Assembly: GCF_000143415.4 (NCBI RefSeq)
Contig: NW_003314310.1
Coordinates: 738,611-802,610 of the forward strand
Source: Selaginella moellendorffii
Taxonomy: Eukaryota; Plantae; Lycopodiophyta
Direction of reading: 5' to 3'
Length of the DNA: 64,000 bases
A program made the translations under genes and the position numbers. The notes below the pieces were generated by a model that had not been told where the DNA came from, did not search any database, and was given only the letters and a program-made list of their open reading frames with translations. Below, one piece after another: positions 12,758 to 23,902 of the stretch. Position 1 is the stretch's first letter; every line of letters begins with the position of its first letter.

Positions 12758-15700
12758 AACTTCGGACTCCATCTCGGACTCCATCTCGGACTCCATCTCG
12801 GACTCCATCTCGGGTCCATCTCGGACTCCATCTCGGGTCCATCTCGGACTCCATTTTGGGTCCATCTCGGACTCCATTTCGGGTCCATCTCGGACTCCAT
12901 CTCGGACTCCATTTCGGGTCCATCTCGGGTCCACCTCGGACTCCATCTCGGACTCCATCTCGGACTCCATTTCGGGTCCATTTCGGGTCCATCTCGGGTC
13001 CACCTCGGACTCCATTTCGGACTCCATCTCGGGTCCATCTCGGACTCCATTTCGGACTCCATCTCGGGTCCATCTCGGACTCCACTTCGGACTCCAACTC
13101 GGGTCCATCTCGGACTCCACTTCGGACTCCAACTTGAGTCCATCTCGGACACTTCCACATGTCATGTGTTGGTCCTTTTGGGTCCCTTTTTGGAGCCTCG
13201 CTTTTTGCTCGCTTCGTGCTCGTTTCTCGAGCACTTCGTTGGGAGTTCCACTCCCGCTCTTGACTTTTCAAGTTGGAGCTTTTGGTCCAAACGTGTTATG
13301 CTCGTTTGGCTTTCGCTTTGGCCAATACCACATGGCGCCCCTCCGGCTCCACTTTGGGGCCTAGGGATTTTGTGTCTCACAGCCTAGTGACTACTTTTTT
13401 GGACTTACCATACCATTGCATTGACATCATTGATTTTCCTTTAGGTGTCTTTCCCATTTAGTCACTTTGACTAAGTCATACTATTACCAACAGTTCAAAT
13501 CACCACTTTGAACTAAAAATCTTATTTCTTAACCAAATAAGAACCTTGTCTTTATTTAGCCACAAGATCACTTAGTGATTTCACTTTAGCACCTTAACAG
13601 ATTTGCCAATAGGTACTAGGTTTTCCAAACTTTTAAATTGTTGACTATGACCCTGGGGGCATCTTCCACACTTGGCGGTGCACCTAAGCAAGCCCTTTCA
13701 ACCAAGGGTCCATAGCAACTGAGACTAAGTGTCTCATCTCATTTACCACGTTCTTGGTGCCACTTTCACCAAAGTGTTCAAATTAAATATGTTAAGCCAT
13801 ATTGAGCAATTTAATCGTGCATCACGACTTCGGGGCATCCCCCACTTGGTTGTGTGCCCAAGTCAATCTCCTTTCTAAAAGTCTATAACCACCGAAAAAA
13901 GAGTGTCCTTATATTCCAAACCATCACCATGCTCTAGTGAGTTGGGACTCAAACTCATGCACTAGAGGGTTGGGATTTGAATCTCTGTATATGCATTTAT
14001 GGATGGTATCACCCAGGATGCCTAGCGTGACTCCTCACGCTAGTGCACCAACTTATATTTAAAGTGCATTACAGATTACAACTTAGGAACTTAGTTCCTC
14101 CATATTGTCAAGTCTTATCATTTGACAAGTCTGTAATCATGCATGGACTTTTCTATGCTTGGCCCCATGGGCCACCCCTTTTGAAGTTAGCACTTTCAAC
14201 TAGGGTATTTGTTCTCCCAACTTGCCAATCTCACTTAGCAAGTCATCCAACCAACATAACATGGCTTCATGCATAAGTGTGAAAGTTCTTGATCATCGAC
14301 TTTCATTTAAAGCTATCCCTTTGAACACTTGGGAACTACTTCCCCAACTTTGATAGCCTTGCCTTATAGTAAGCCGCAAAACCACGCTTCTGCTGCGCCA
14401 CTTTGATTTTGTGCATTCTATGAACCATTTATATTTGGCTTTTTAGGTCTTAAGCTACCTAAAACTGTATTTGGGAACCTTGAAGGAACTCTGTCTCTTA
14501 GTTTGCTAATGTTTCTCATTTTGCAAACTGTTTAATTGCTATATAGTTTAATATGAACAATTCCATACTTTAGACACTCCATGGCATCACAGTTGCTAAT
14601 AAGAACACGCTCGAGCACCCACTTGATTCTCCACTCCGAACTTGCATAACCACCTTTGGTTATGCCTTTCAATTTCTATAGTTTGGTTCTATCCCTTTAC
14701 TACTTGTTTTTGGCTTTATACACTTCTTTCGGTTATTCCAAATTAAGAGGATAGCTTTGCACTTTCTACTATACCTTAGTAAGTATTCTTAGGGATGAAT
14801 TTACCCAATAGCCTAGAGAGTGGTTCCTCAATTTAGATATGCTCACTTTATAATCCCATATACCGGGATTAACATTACTACTTAAGGGCCTTTATATCCC
14901 ATACCAAAATCCCTTTTTGGCTTTGTCAAATTTGGATAGACGAACTTTTCGTGTCTCCGCAACCTTAAACGTTAGATAGCACCTTCTATTAAGGACTTAA
15001 TCCCTTAGGCCTTATCTAATGCCTTCCTGATACTAAACACCATTTCCTAGTGTTTTAGAGTGTTTGGGTGTCTCAATGATGGCCGTTTTTTGACAATGAA
15101 CATTCCCTTTACGACATTGATTTATTATATTACAACATAAACAATTTATCCCCCATAAGGTATATCTATCTTCCTTATCCCAATAAAAAGTTTTGGGTAG
15201 TTAATTTTTACTAATTTAATTAATTATTTTGCATCTTTTGCTTAGTTGCCTTATAATTGTCAAGTCCTACAACTCATTACTAGTGCTTTCACACTTTCAT
15301 CATTATTTGGGTCACCACACTTCAACCACATGCCTTTCAGCTTAAACTATGTCATTCCCATTTCCATTAAGATTCCTTTATGAAGGGGTTCTTATGAACC
15401 CACCAACTTGATCTTAAAGCATCACACTTTGGCCCATTCGGTGTTTCCATACCATTGACTCCACAAGTCTATCTTTATGATACTTCTGTGAGACATAAGA
15501 TCCTTAGGCCCCAAAGTGGAGCTAAAAGAGCACTGTGAGACACAAAATCCCTAGGCCCCAAAGTGGAGCCGAAAGGGTGCCATGTGGTAGTGGCCAAAGC
15601 GAAAGCCAAACGAGTATAACACGTTTGGACTAAAAGCTCCGACTTGAAAAAGTCAAGAATGGGAGTGGAACTCCCAACGAAGTGCTCAAGGAATGAGCAT

Positions 15701-16623
15701 AAAGCAAGCAATAAGCGAGGCTCCAAAAAGGGACCCAAAAGGACCAACACATGACACGTGGAAGTGTCCAAGATGGACCCGAGTTGGAGTTCGAAGTGGA
15801 GTCCGAGAAGGACCCCGAGATGGAGTCCGAGGTGGAGTCCGAGGTGGACCCGAGATGGACCCGAGATTGAGTCCAAGACGGACCCGAGATGGAGTCCAAG
15901 ATGGACCCGAAATGGACCCGAGATGGAGTCTGAGATGGAGTCCGAGATGGACCCGAGACGGACCCGAGATGGAGTCCGAGATGGAGTCCGAGATGGACCC
16001 GAGATGGAGTCCGAGATGGAGTCCGAGATGGACCCGAGATGGAGTTCGAGCTAGACCCGAGATGGAGTCCGAGATGGAGTCCGAGATGGAGTCCGAGATG
16101 GAGTCCGAGATGGAGTCCGAAGTCGAGACCGGGACCGAGACCGAGACCGGGGCTGAGACTGAGACCGGGGCCGAGACCGAGGCCGAGGCCGAGACTGAGG
16201 TCGAGCCCGAGCCCGAGTCCAAGTCCAAGTCCGAGTCCTAGTCCAAATTCGAGTCTGAGAGGGTGAAAGCCTAAAGTGTTCGTCTCCCAAACCCTGGGGG
16301 GTTTGGTGAGCTCCAAAAGTATAGAAGGGGGAGGACTGCAGTGGAGCCAGTTTAGCCAGGAAAGGCCAATTTGGCCCCAGAAGGCCGGACCCAGTGTTGG
16401 GTGATGAGTTTCCCACTGGGAAGTCCAAGACTAGAGTGAACACGGACCGACAAGCGGGATAGCTTGGTGAAGTGTTCAAGAGCCGGCTCTAGTTCCCTCG
16501 GGAGATCGACTGACCGATGCTCCCAGTCCAAGTGTGGGTGGCACTACCTACTTGGATACCTGGCGTGGCTCAACGGAACCTCGCTCTAAGCCCATGACTA
16601 AAGCACCTAAAGGCGAAAGGCAG

Positions 16624-17251
16624 TGTAGCGCATGTGATCATGGGATGAGATTTGGATATACTGTCACCGTGGATCCTTGGAACCTTGGAGGATAAATGGG
16701 GATAAAATAGCCACTAAGGGCTCTCTCATCAAGCAATTGCCCCTTTTCCAGTTGGCTTAAGAGGAGAGAGATAAGGTGCGCTACAATTGGTATCGGAGCA
16801 AATGGCACGGGTTCGATTCCCATTGATTAGTGGCTACTTAAAAGTATAATATACCCTTGAGCAAGGTATATTCCTTATATTCCTACGTGGAGTATCCACG
16901 GACGAAGGTATCCACCGTGGGACTGCGGTACAGGTGGATGACTAGTTGCCTCACATGGAATAGCTGGTCTACACAATGGAAGGATTGGTAGATTGAGTGC
17001 GGAAATGGAGGTGCTGGTTCCCCTTGGCTCAGTAGGGGTTGCTAGTCAATAGTCAATGAGGACATTGACATCTCTAAAGGGGGGGTGAGTGTAGCGCATG
17101 TGATCATGGGATGAGATTTGGATATACTGTCACCGTGGATCCTTGGAACCTTGGGGGATAAATGGGGATAAAATAGCCACTAAGGGCTCTCTCATTAAGC
17201 AATTGCCCCTTTTCCAGTTGGCTTAAGGGGAGAGAGATAAGGTGCGCTACA
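16624..17251 (+). mobile_element. TRIM (terminal-repeat retrotransposon in miniature), 628 bp
   Basis: 162-bp LTRs 16624-16785 and 17090-17251 with TGTAGCGCA...TGCGCTACA ends and ~3 differences. PBS TGGTATCGGAGC at 16788, G-rich PPT before 17090, TSD GGCAG/GGCGG. Confidence 0.93.
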
Positions 17252-20200
17252 GGCGGGGAGAGTACCCATGAGGCTTGCATAAGGTCACTGTGTTCCGAAA
17301 TGTTGTCCCAAAGTCCTAGATTGTGGAAAGGAAGAGGAGTAGCCCTCTGGTGTGGTGACCAAGGACACAGTCACACGGTGAGGAAGTCCCAAGGGACCAT
17401 GGGACTTAGTGGTCAGGCTTGTAAGCCTTGATCCAGTGGTAGTGTTGGCGAACACGGCCAAGGACAGAAAGGGACTTGGTGGGGACCAGAAAGGAGATAT
17501 TGGGGAAGGCTATTTCCCATGTTTGCGGGCATCTTGAGGATGCTAAGGAGTGGATTTGGGATGACCACTCATGGACGGATGGCCCAGTCTTTGAGAGACG
17601 GGACTATGATGCAGGTGGTGTTAGACCACCGGTATGACCAAAGTGAATGGGCATGGCCTAGCGTAATGGGCCGATATGTCGGGGGTACCTTGGGGTGTCA
17701 GTCATGGGGTCGGACACGTGGAGCACTTGGACCAAGTGCAAAGGCTGAGTGGCATGGATGCCATTCTTGGGGCTAGCATGCCCCAAGTTCTAACTGAGAC
17801 TTATGGAGGTTGTGAATAAGACTCCTCCAAGTGGTCGGAGGTGCGGTTAAGTGACTAAAGTAAAATGGAAAAATTAGTCACTTACAATTTGGTATCAAAG
17901 CTGTTCCTTAGTCTGACTTTTATTGGTGCTCAAATATATCACCACTGGTGTTGGCATTGGAAGGTCTGAGGAGTGCGTCTATCCTTGAGGAGTAGCAGGT
18001 CGGGAAGACATGGCTCTCTATTACAGTTCATGTGTGAATTGGTAGACAAGGTGGTAGATAGAAAAGGGCCAATAAAGGGAACGACTTTGGGATCTTGGGA
18101 ACAGTAGAAAGGTTTCCCTAGAGAGTTGAGGATGTGATCCAGATGAGCGTTTGATGTAGCAAACGGGCTAATGTAGTTGTGGTAAACAACTATAGTTGGG
18201 ATCACGGGGAAGATAGAGACTCCAAAAACAATAAAGGAGTCACAAAATTATCCTCACATAGTTGAGGCTGGTGCTCATGAAGGTGAGACCGGAATGAATG
18301 ACCATGACAGGTTAAGTATAGATGAGGACATGAGTCCTTGAAGTGGTAGCCAATGTTACCTTTTATAAATGTTGGAACAAACCCAAGGAGTTGGGGGTGT
18401 GCTCAAAGGATGAGTTGGTATTCTCATCACATGGATAAGTGGTCATAAGGGGCAAAAGGTTGCCCCTAGAGAACAAATCAAGTGTCGGAATAACACTTGC
18501 AAAGATGGTCCTTGTGAGTAGGACATAAATACAAGGAGTTGTATTCCAGTGAGCTAGCACCTCAAAAGTAGGACCTCATGGGTCGTCGAATTAGCAAAGT
18601 CCAAAAAGTTGAATGACTCCAATAAAGTCAAGGAATAATCCTAAGGGATTGATGGAAGCATTGGATTGAGGTGTGTGGTGCCCCACGAAGGATGGGGAGG
18701 ATCTTGAGATCCAAGCATAAGAATAGTGTGTATCTCATTGATGGCAAAAGGTGCCATGTTAAAGTCATGGGAAAGAGTTTCCTGAAAGTGCAGTGCTAAT
18801 GGATAATTGGCATAAAAGACAACCATATTGGTCTTGGCAAAAAGACTTAGACACAAGTAAGAAGTGTCATAAAGGTAGGCTTGTGGAGCCGATGGTGTGG
18901 AGACACCGAAGGTGCTAAGGTGTGTTGCCTTGAAGTCAAGTTGGTGGGTTTATGAGAACCCCTTGCTAAAGGAATCCCAATGGAAATGGGAATGGCATAG
19001 CCTAAGCTAAAAAGTATACGGTTAGAGTGTGGTGACCCAGATAATGATGGAGGTGTGGAAGCACCAGCAATGAGTTATAAGACTTGACAACTATGAGGCA
19101 ACTAAGTAAAAGGTGCAAAATAATTCGTTAAACTAGTAGAAGGCAACTACCTAAGACTTCTTATTGGGATAAGGAAGTTAAATATACCCTTATGGGGGAT
19201 AAATTGCTTATGTTGTGATATAGTAAATCAATGTTGAAAGGGGAATGCTCATTGTCAGAGAGACCATCATTGGGACACCCAAACACTCTAAAACACCAGA
19301 AGGTGGTGTTTGGTGTCATGAGGGCAATGGATAATGCCCAAGGGACAAAGTCCCTAGCGAATGATGGATAGAAGGTGCTATCCAAATGTCCAAGGTTGTA
19401 GAGACGAAAGAAGTCCGTCTACCCAAATTGGACAAAGCCAAAAAGAGGATTTTGGTGAGGCTAGTGATGGGCATATGAAGGCCCATAAGTAGCAACGGTA
19501 CTCCCAGGGTGTGGGATTACGAGGTGAGCAAACCCGAATTGAGGAACCACTCCCTAGGTGGTCGGGTAGGTTTATCCCTATGAATACTTGCCAAGGCATG
19601 GTAGAAAGTGCAAAGCTATCTTCCTAGTCTAAAGGAGAATGACCGAAGGAAATATATAAGGTCAAAAGGCAAGTAGTAAAGGGATAGAACCGAACCATAG
19701 GAATTGACAGGCATGACCAAGGGTGGTTATGCAAGTTGGGAGTGGAGAATCAAGTGGGCGCTCAAGCATGTTGTTACTAATGACTGGGATGCCATGGAGA
19801 GTCAAAAACAATGGGAGTGTCTATGTTAGACTATATGGCTATTGGAAAGCTTGTGAAAGGAGAGGCCTTAGCAAGCTAAAGGGGCAGAGTTCCTTTGAAA
19901 GGTTCTCAAAGACAATTCTAGGTAGTTGGATACCTAAAAAGCCAAGTGTAAATGGTTCATAGAATGTGCGAAATCAGAGTGGCACAGCAAAAGTGTGGTC
20001 TTGAAGCTTGTCATAAGGCGAGGCTATCAAGGTTGGAGAAGTAATTCCTGAGTGTTCAAAGAGAGGGCTTTGAACGAAAGTCGATAGTTAAGGACTTTCA
20101 CGCTTATGCATGAACCATATTACGGTGGCTGGATGACTTGCTAAGTAAGATTGACAAGTCGGGGGGAACAAATACCCTAGTTGAAGGTGCTAATTTAAAA

Positions 20201-22088
20201 AAGGGTGGCCCATGGGGCCAAGCATGGAGGAGTCCATGCATGATCATAGACATGTCAAGTGAGAGGACTTGGCAGTGTGGAGGAACTAGGTTCTTAAACT
20301 ATGATCTGTAGCACGCTTAAAATATAAGTTGGTGCACTGGCATGGGGAGTCACACCAGGCATCTTGTGTGATGCCGTCCGTAGATGCATATACGAAGGTT
20401 GGGTTTGAGTCCCAACCCTCTAGTGCTTGGGTTCAAGTCCCAAATCACTAGGGCGTGGTGATGGTTTGGAATATGAGGACACTCATATTTTAGTAGTCAT
20501 AGACTCTTAGTGGGGAGACTGGTTTGGGCACACCGCCAAGCGAGGGATGCCTCGGAGTCATGATGCACGGTTAGATTGCTTAGTGTGAAAGCTCAGCATA
20601 TCTAACTTGAACACTTTGGTGCAAGGGGGCACCAAGGACGAGGTGAATGAGATAGGGACACCCAGTCTCAGTTGCTATGGACCCTTGGCTGGAAGGGCTG
20701 GCTTGGGCGCACCGCCAAGCTTGGGGGATGCCCCCGGGGTCATAATCAACAACTTAAAGGTCGAAGAGACTTAGTACCTATTGACAAACTTATTAAGGTG
20801 TCGAGGTTAGATCACTAGGTGATCTTATGGCTAAAACAAGGATAAAGTCCTTGTGAGGTTAAGGGATAAAGTTCCAAGTTCAAAATGTTGATTGGAACTA
20901 TTGATGAAGGTGTGGCTTGGTCAAGGTGACCAAGTGGGAAGGACACCTAAGGGAAATGAGATATGTCAATACAATGACATAGTGAGTTCGAGGAAAGTAG
21001 TCTTTATAAGAGACCCATGGGAGGGTCACAAAGTTGGGTTGTGGATAGACCCCATAGCAAAAGATGCTAAAGAAACGTACTAGGGGTGAACACCCTCCGG
21101 ACATGGCAAAGGAAAGTTTTTGCTATGGAACCGAAAGGATACCTCGAAAATAGAGGTAGCGATCCTATGTTGCTGGGTGCAACAATCAAGGATAGGAGCA
21201 AAAGACTAGTGGCTAAGTAAAGAGCCATGGGAATTATGGGAAAGAATCGAAATGGCAAAGTTAGGCCAAACACTAAGGTGTTAGGTGCTAACGGATTGTG
21301 GGAAATGCAATGTGTTCCCAAGGATGGATTCCTAATTGCTCCAATGTGGCAAAAGTGGAAGCTCCAAGGGTGGGAGCGGTAAGGTAGCCAAATGATAGGG
21401 ACGTGGACAGCCCTAGCACAAATTATGATAACCGGAACTTAGTGCCAAAGGTGGCACGAAATCGAAGAGAGGATGATGTTGCCCTCGAATAGAGAACTTC
21501 CTAGGATGGGGAAGTGGAGTTGCACAATATGTGCAATGCAAGGTGTCAGAGACACCCAAGAAATTGACTTCGAGAAGTCAGAATTAAAAATTCCAAAGTG
21601 CAAGGGTTATATCGATGGAAAGTGAGACCACTTGAGAATAAATAGTGGGATTGAGTTAGAGAAGGTGTCTCTAATAGGTTTAGTAAGAACTAAACCAATA
21701 AAAGGAGAGACCCACCACAAGTGGTTGAATGAGCCTCTAAGTTCGAGAGGCTATGCTCCTTAGAGGATGGACAAGGCATGGTGAGCCTTTGGTGTCAAAC
21801 CATAGACAAATATTGGCTAGGTGCCAAGGATGGAAATGGTAACATGTGTGGGTGTTACTTTATAAAAGGGTTTACCGTTCGATGAGGACATCGAACTTCG
21901 TCTATGGGTGGTGGGGTTTGTTATGAAATGGGGACACCCAGCCTTGTGAGCACAGCAGCACTCCATGCTGGGTCCACCTTTATTGCAGAAGACGGATCAA
22001 GAACAGAATGTGTCGGGGGTGATCACCTACAGAACCTAAACGGACGTGTCCCTTCTGCTGACGTGGCATCCCAGCTTGAGATTGCGGC

Positions 22089-22875
22089 TTAAGTCCTCAA
22101 CACTCCCACTCGAGCTAAGCTGGGATCAGCCTTGAGCAACTGCACACCAAGAGCTTGGACATGCTTGGAGAATGCAGCTAGGGGTAGAGCTTTTGTGAAA
22201 ACATCTGCCACTTGATCTCCCGTCGCACAATACACTAGCTCCATTGTCTCCATGGCAACCTGCTCACGAATAAAATGAAACTGTACCTGTATGTGCTTGG
22301 TACGTCCGTGATACTTCAGGTTCTTCGTCAAGGCAATTGCTCCCTGATTATCACAGAAGATAATCGTTGGAGTCTTCTGTGGATAATATACTCCACTCAA
22401 TAGTTGCCTCAGCCAAACACACTCTTTGGCTGCTAAGGTAGTGGCCACGTACTCAGCTTCGGTGCTTGATAGTGCAATTGTTGGCTGCCTTTTACTGCAC
22501 CAAGTAACTGCTCCACTACCAAGGCTGAACATATAGCCTAAAGTGGACTTCCTCTTGTCAACTTCACCAGCCCAATCAGCATCTGAGTATCCAATGAGCT
22601 GAATACCCCTAGGCTGCTGCTTGTAAACAAGACTATAGTTGGCAGTCCCCTTCAAATATCTGAAAATCCGCTTTACTGCTAACCAGTGCTGGTAGCCAGG
22701 ATTTTCCAAGTGCTATGAAACTGCTCCCACTGCATAGGCTATGTCTGGCCTCGTACACACCATCAGGTACACTAAGCTTCCCACCATCTGCCTATATGGG
22801 ATCCGCTTCATATGTTCCTGTTCAGCTGGTGTTGTCGGTGACATATCCTGTGAGAGTTTTAGACCAACCTCCATA
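22089..22875 (-). pseudogene. pol: Copia RT C-terminus and RNase H (orphaned by deletion; one in-frame stop)
   Basis: PYRQMVGSLVYL..TRPDIAYAVG, GYSDADWAG, SSTEAEY, CDNQGAI, HGRTKHI, QVADVFTKAL. TAG at ~22714. The stop codon falls inside the 3' LTR. Confidence 0.9.
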
Positions 22876-23902
22876 GGTAAATCCTCTTGTCGTCTGGAAC
22901 TGGTCTCAGCTTGCCAAACAGCTCTCTGATGTATGTCATGTGCCTGTTTGCTCCTGAGTCCACCCAGATTACTTCTGCTTTCAACAGACCATGTTTTGTC
23001 ACCTGCTGATCCTCTAACGAAGCCATGAACAGACTGCCATGCTCGTCATCTGAATCAGCTGCTGCAAAGTTAGCCACTTGCTTGCCTTTGTCTCGCTTTC
23101 TAGCTTCCTTGGCTTTCTTTGCTTCTTCATTGGTGCAGTCTCTTGCCCAATGACCAGGTTTCTTGCAAATGTTGCAAAGGCCGTCGTTTTTCTTCTTCTT
23201 CTTCTTGGACTTGCTCCCACTGGTTCCATCAGTCCCTGGAGAATTCACTGGGCCCAACCTGTCCCACACTGTTGCAAATCGCTTGCCCTTTGAAGATTGA
23301 CCAGCAAATAGCGCTTGATCTTGAGATCCAACTCCCTCATTGGTCTCCATCAAGATCTCTGCTGACTTCAACTGAAGGACCATTTCGTCAAATTTCTTTG
23401 ACGAGTGAGTAGTCGCTGTTGTCAGAAGATACTTCGCCACGCCTTTGATGACAACCGACTTGAGCTTCGGTTCACTCACTGGTGTCTTCGTGATGCGTGC
23501 GATCTGGCTTGCTACCTTCCTCAACCTTCCAACAAAGGCTTGAATGGACTCACCTTCATGCTGTCTTACAGAACCGAGTTCTGTCTCTAAGTCCAGCAAT
23601 GTGGTCTCATTCTCCTTTCCGAGGGTTGCTTTCAGGTTTTCCCAGTTCTCGTGCGCAGTCTTCGTGATGTCGAGATGGCAACTGAACACCTTGCCCAGGC
23701 CTCTGCCTAGAATGCCCAAGGCCTTGATGTTCTTTCCATCCCACTCTTTGCGGTCAGCCTTGTCCGTTGTGGGAGGGCGCGTCCAGGAACCGTCGACCAC
23801 TGGCCACAGCTCCTTCTGCATAAAGTAGTACTCGAGTTGCTCCTGCCATCCGCTGAAATCCTTGCCATCAAAGATCTCTATGGCGTCGCGCACACTCCCC
23901 AT
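22859..23902 (-). CDS. gag: Copia Gag (CCHC knuckle) plus start of protease
   Basis: 347-aa ORF starting just after the PBS. F-D-G-x-x-F-x-x-W N-terminus, CNICKKPGHWARDC zinc knuckle, protease motif WVDSGANRHMT, then truncation at the deletion junction. Confidence 0.9.
   Translation of the reverse strand: MGSVRDAIEIFDGKDFSGWQEQLEYYFMQKELWPVVDGSWTRPPTTDKADRKEWDGKNIKALGILGRGLGKVFSCHLDITKTAHENWENLKATLGKENETTLLDLETELGSVRQHEGESIQAFVGRLRKVASQIARITKTPVSEPKLKSVVIKGVAKYLLTTATTHSSKKFDEMVLQLKSAEILMETNEGVGSQDQALFAGQSSKGKRFATVWDRLGPVNSPGTDGTSGSKSKKKKKKNDGLCNICKKPGHWARDCTNEEAKKAKEARKRDKGKQVANFAAADSDDEHGSLFMASLEDQQVTKHGLLKAEVIWVDSGANRHMTYIRELFGKLRPVPDDKRIYLWRLV

Larger units (their letters stand above)
5790..13381 (-). 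mobile_element. Family-A LTR retroelement, copy A2 (young, structurally complete, no coding capacity; LARD-like)
   Basis: Near-identical LTRs ~5790-7531 and 11639-13381 (about 8 substitutions seen outside the satellite). Perfect TSD GCCTA (5785-5789 / 13382-13386). PBS TGGTATCGGAGC (tRNA-iMet type) at ~11624-11635 on minus. PPT GGGTGGTGGAGT next to the 3' LTR. No gag/pol ORF in the ~4.1 kb interior. Confidence 0.95.

Noticed and set aside
12760-13150. CRISPR-like array
   Set aside because: Contiguous 11/12-bp units with no unique spacers, no cas genes and a eukaryotic context.
16624-17251. Retrozyme (hammerhead ribozyme in LTR)
   Set aside because: No CTGANGA...GAAA core was found on either strand of the 162-bp LTR.
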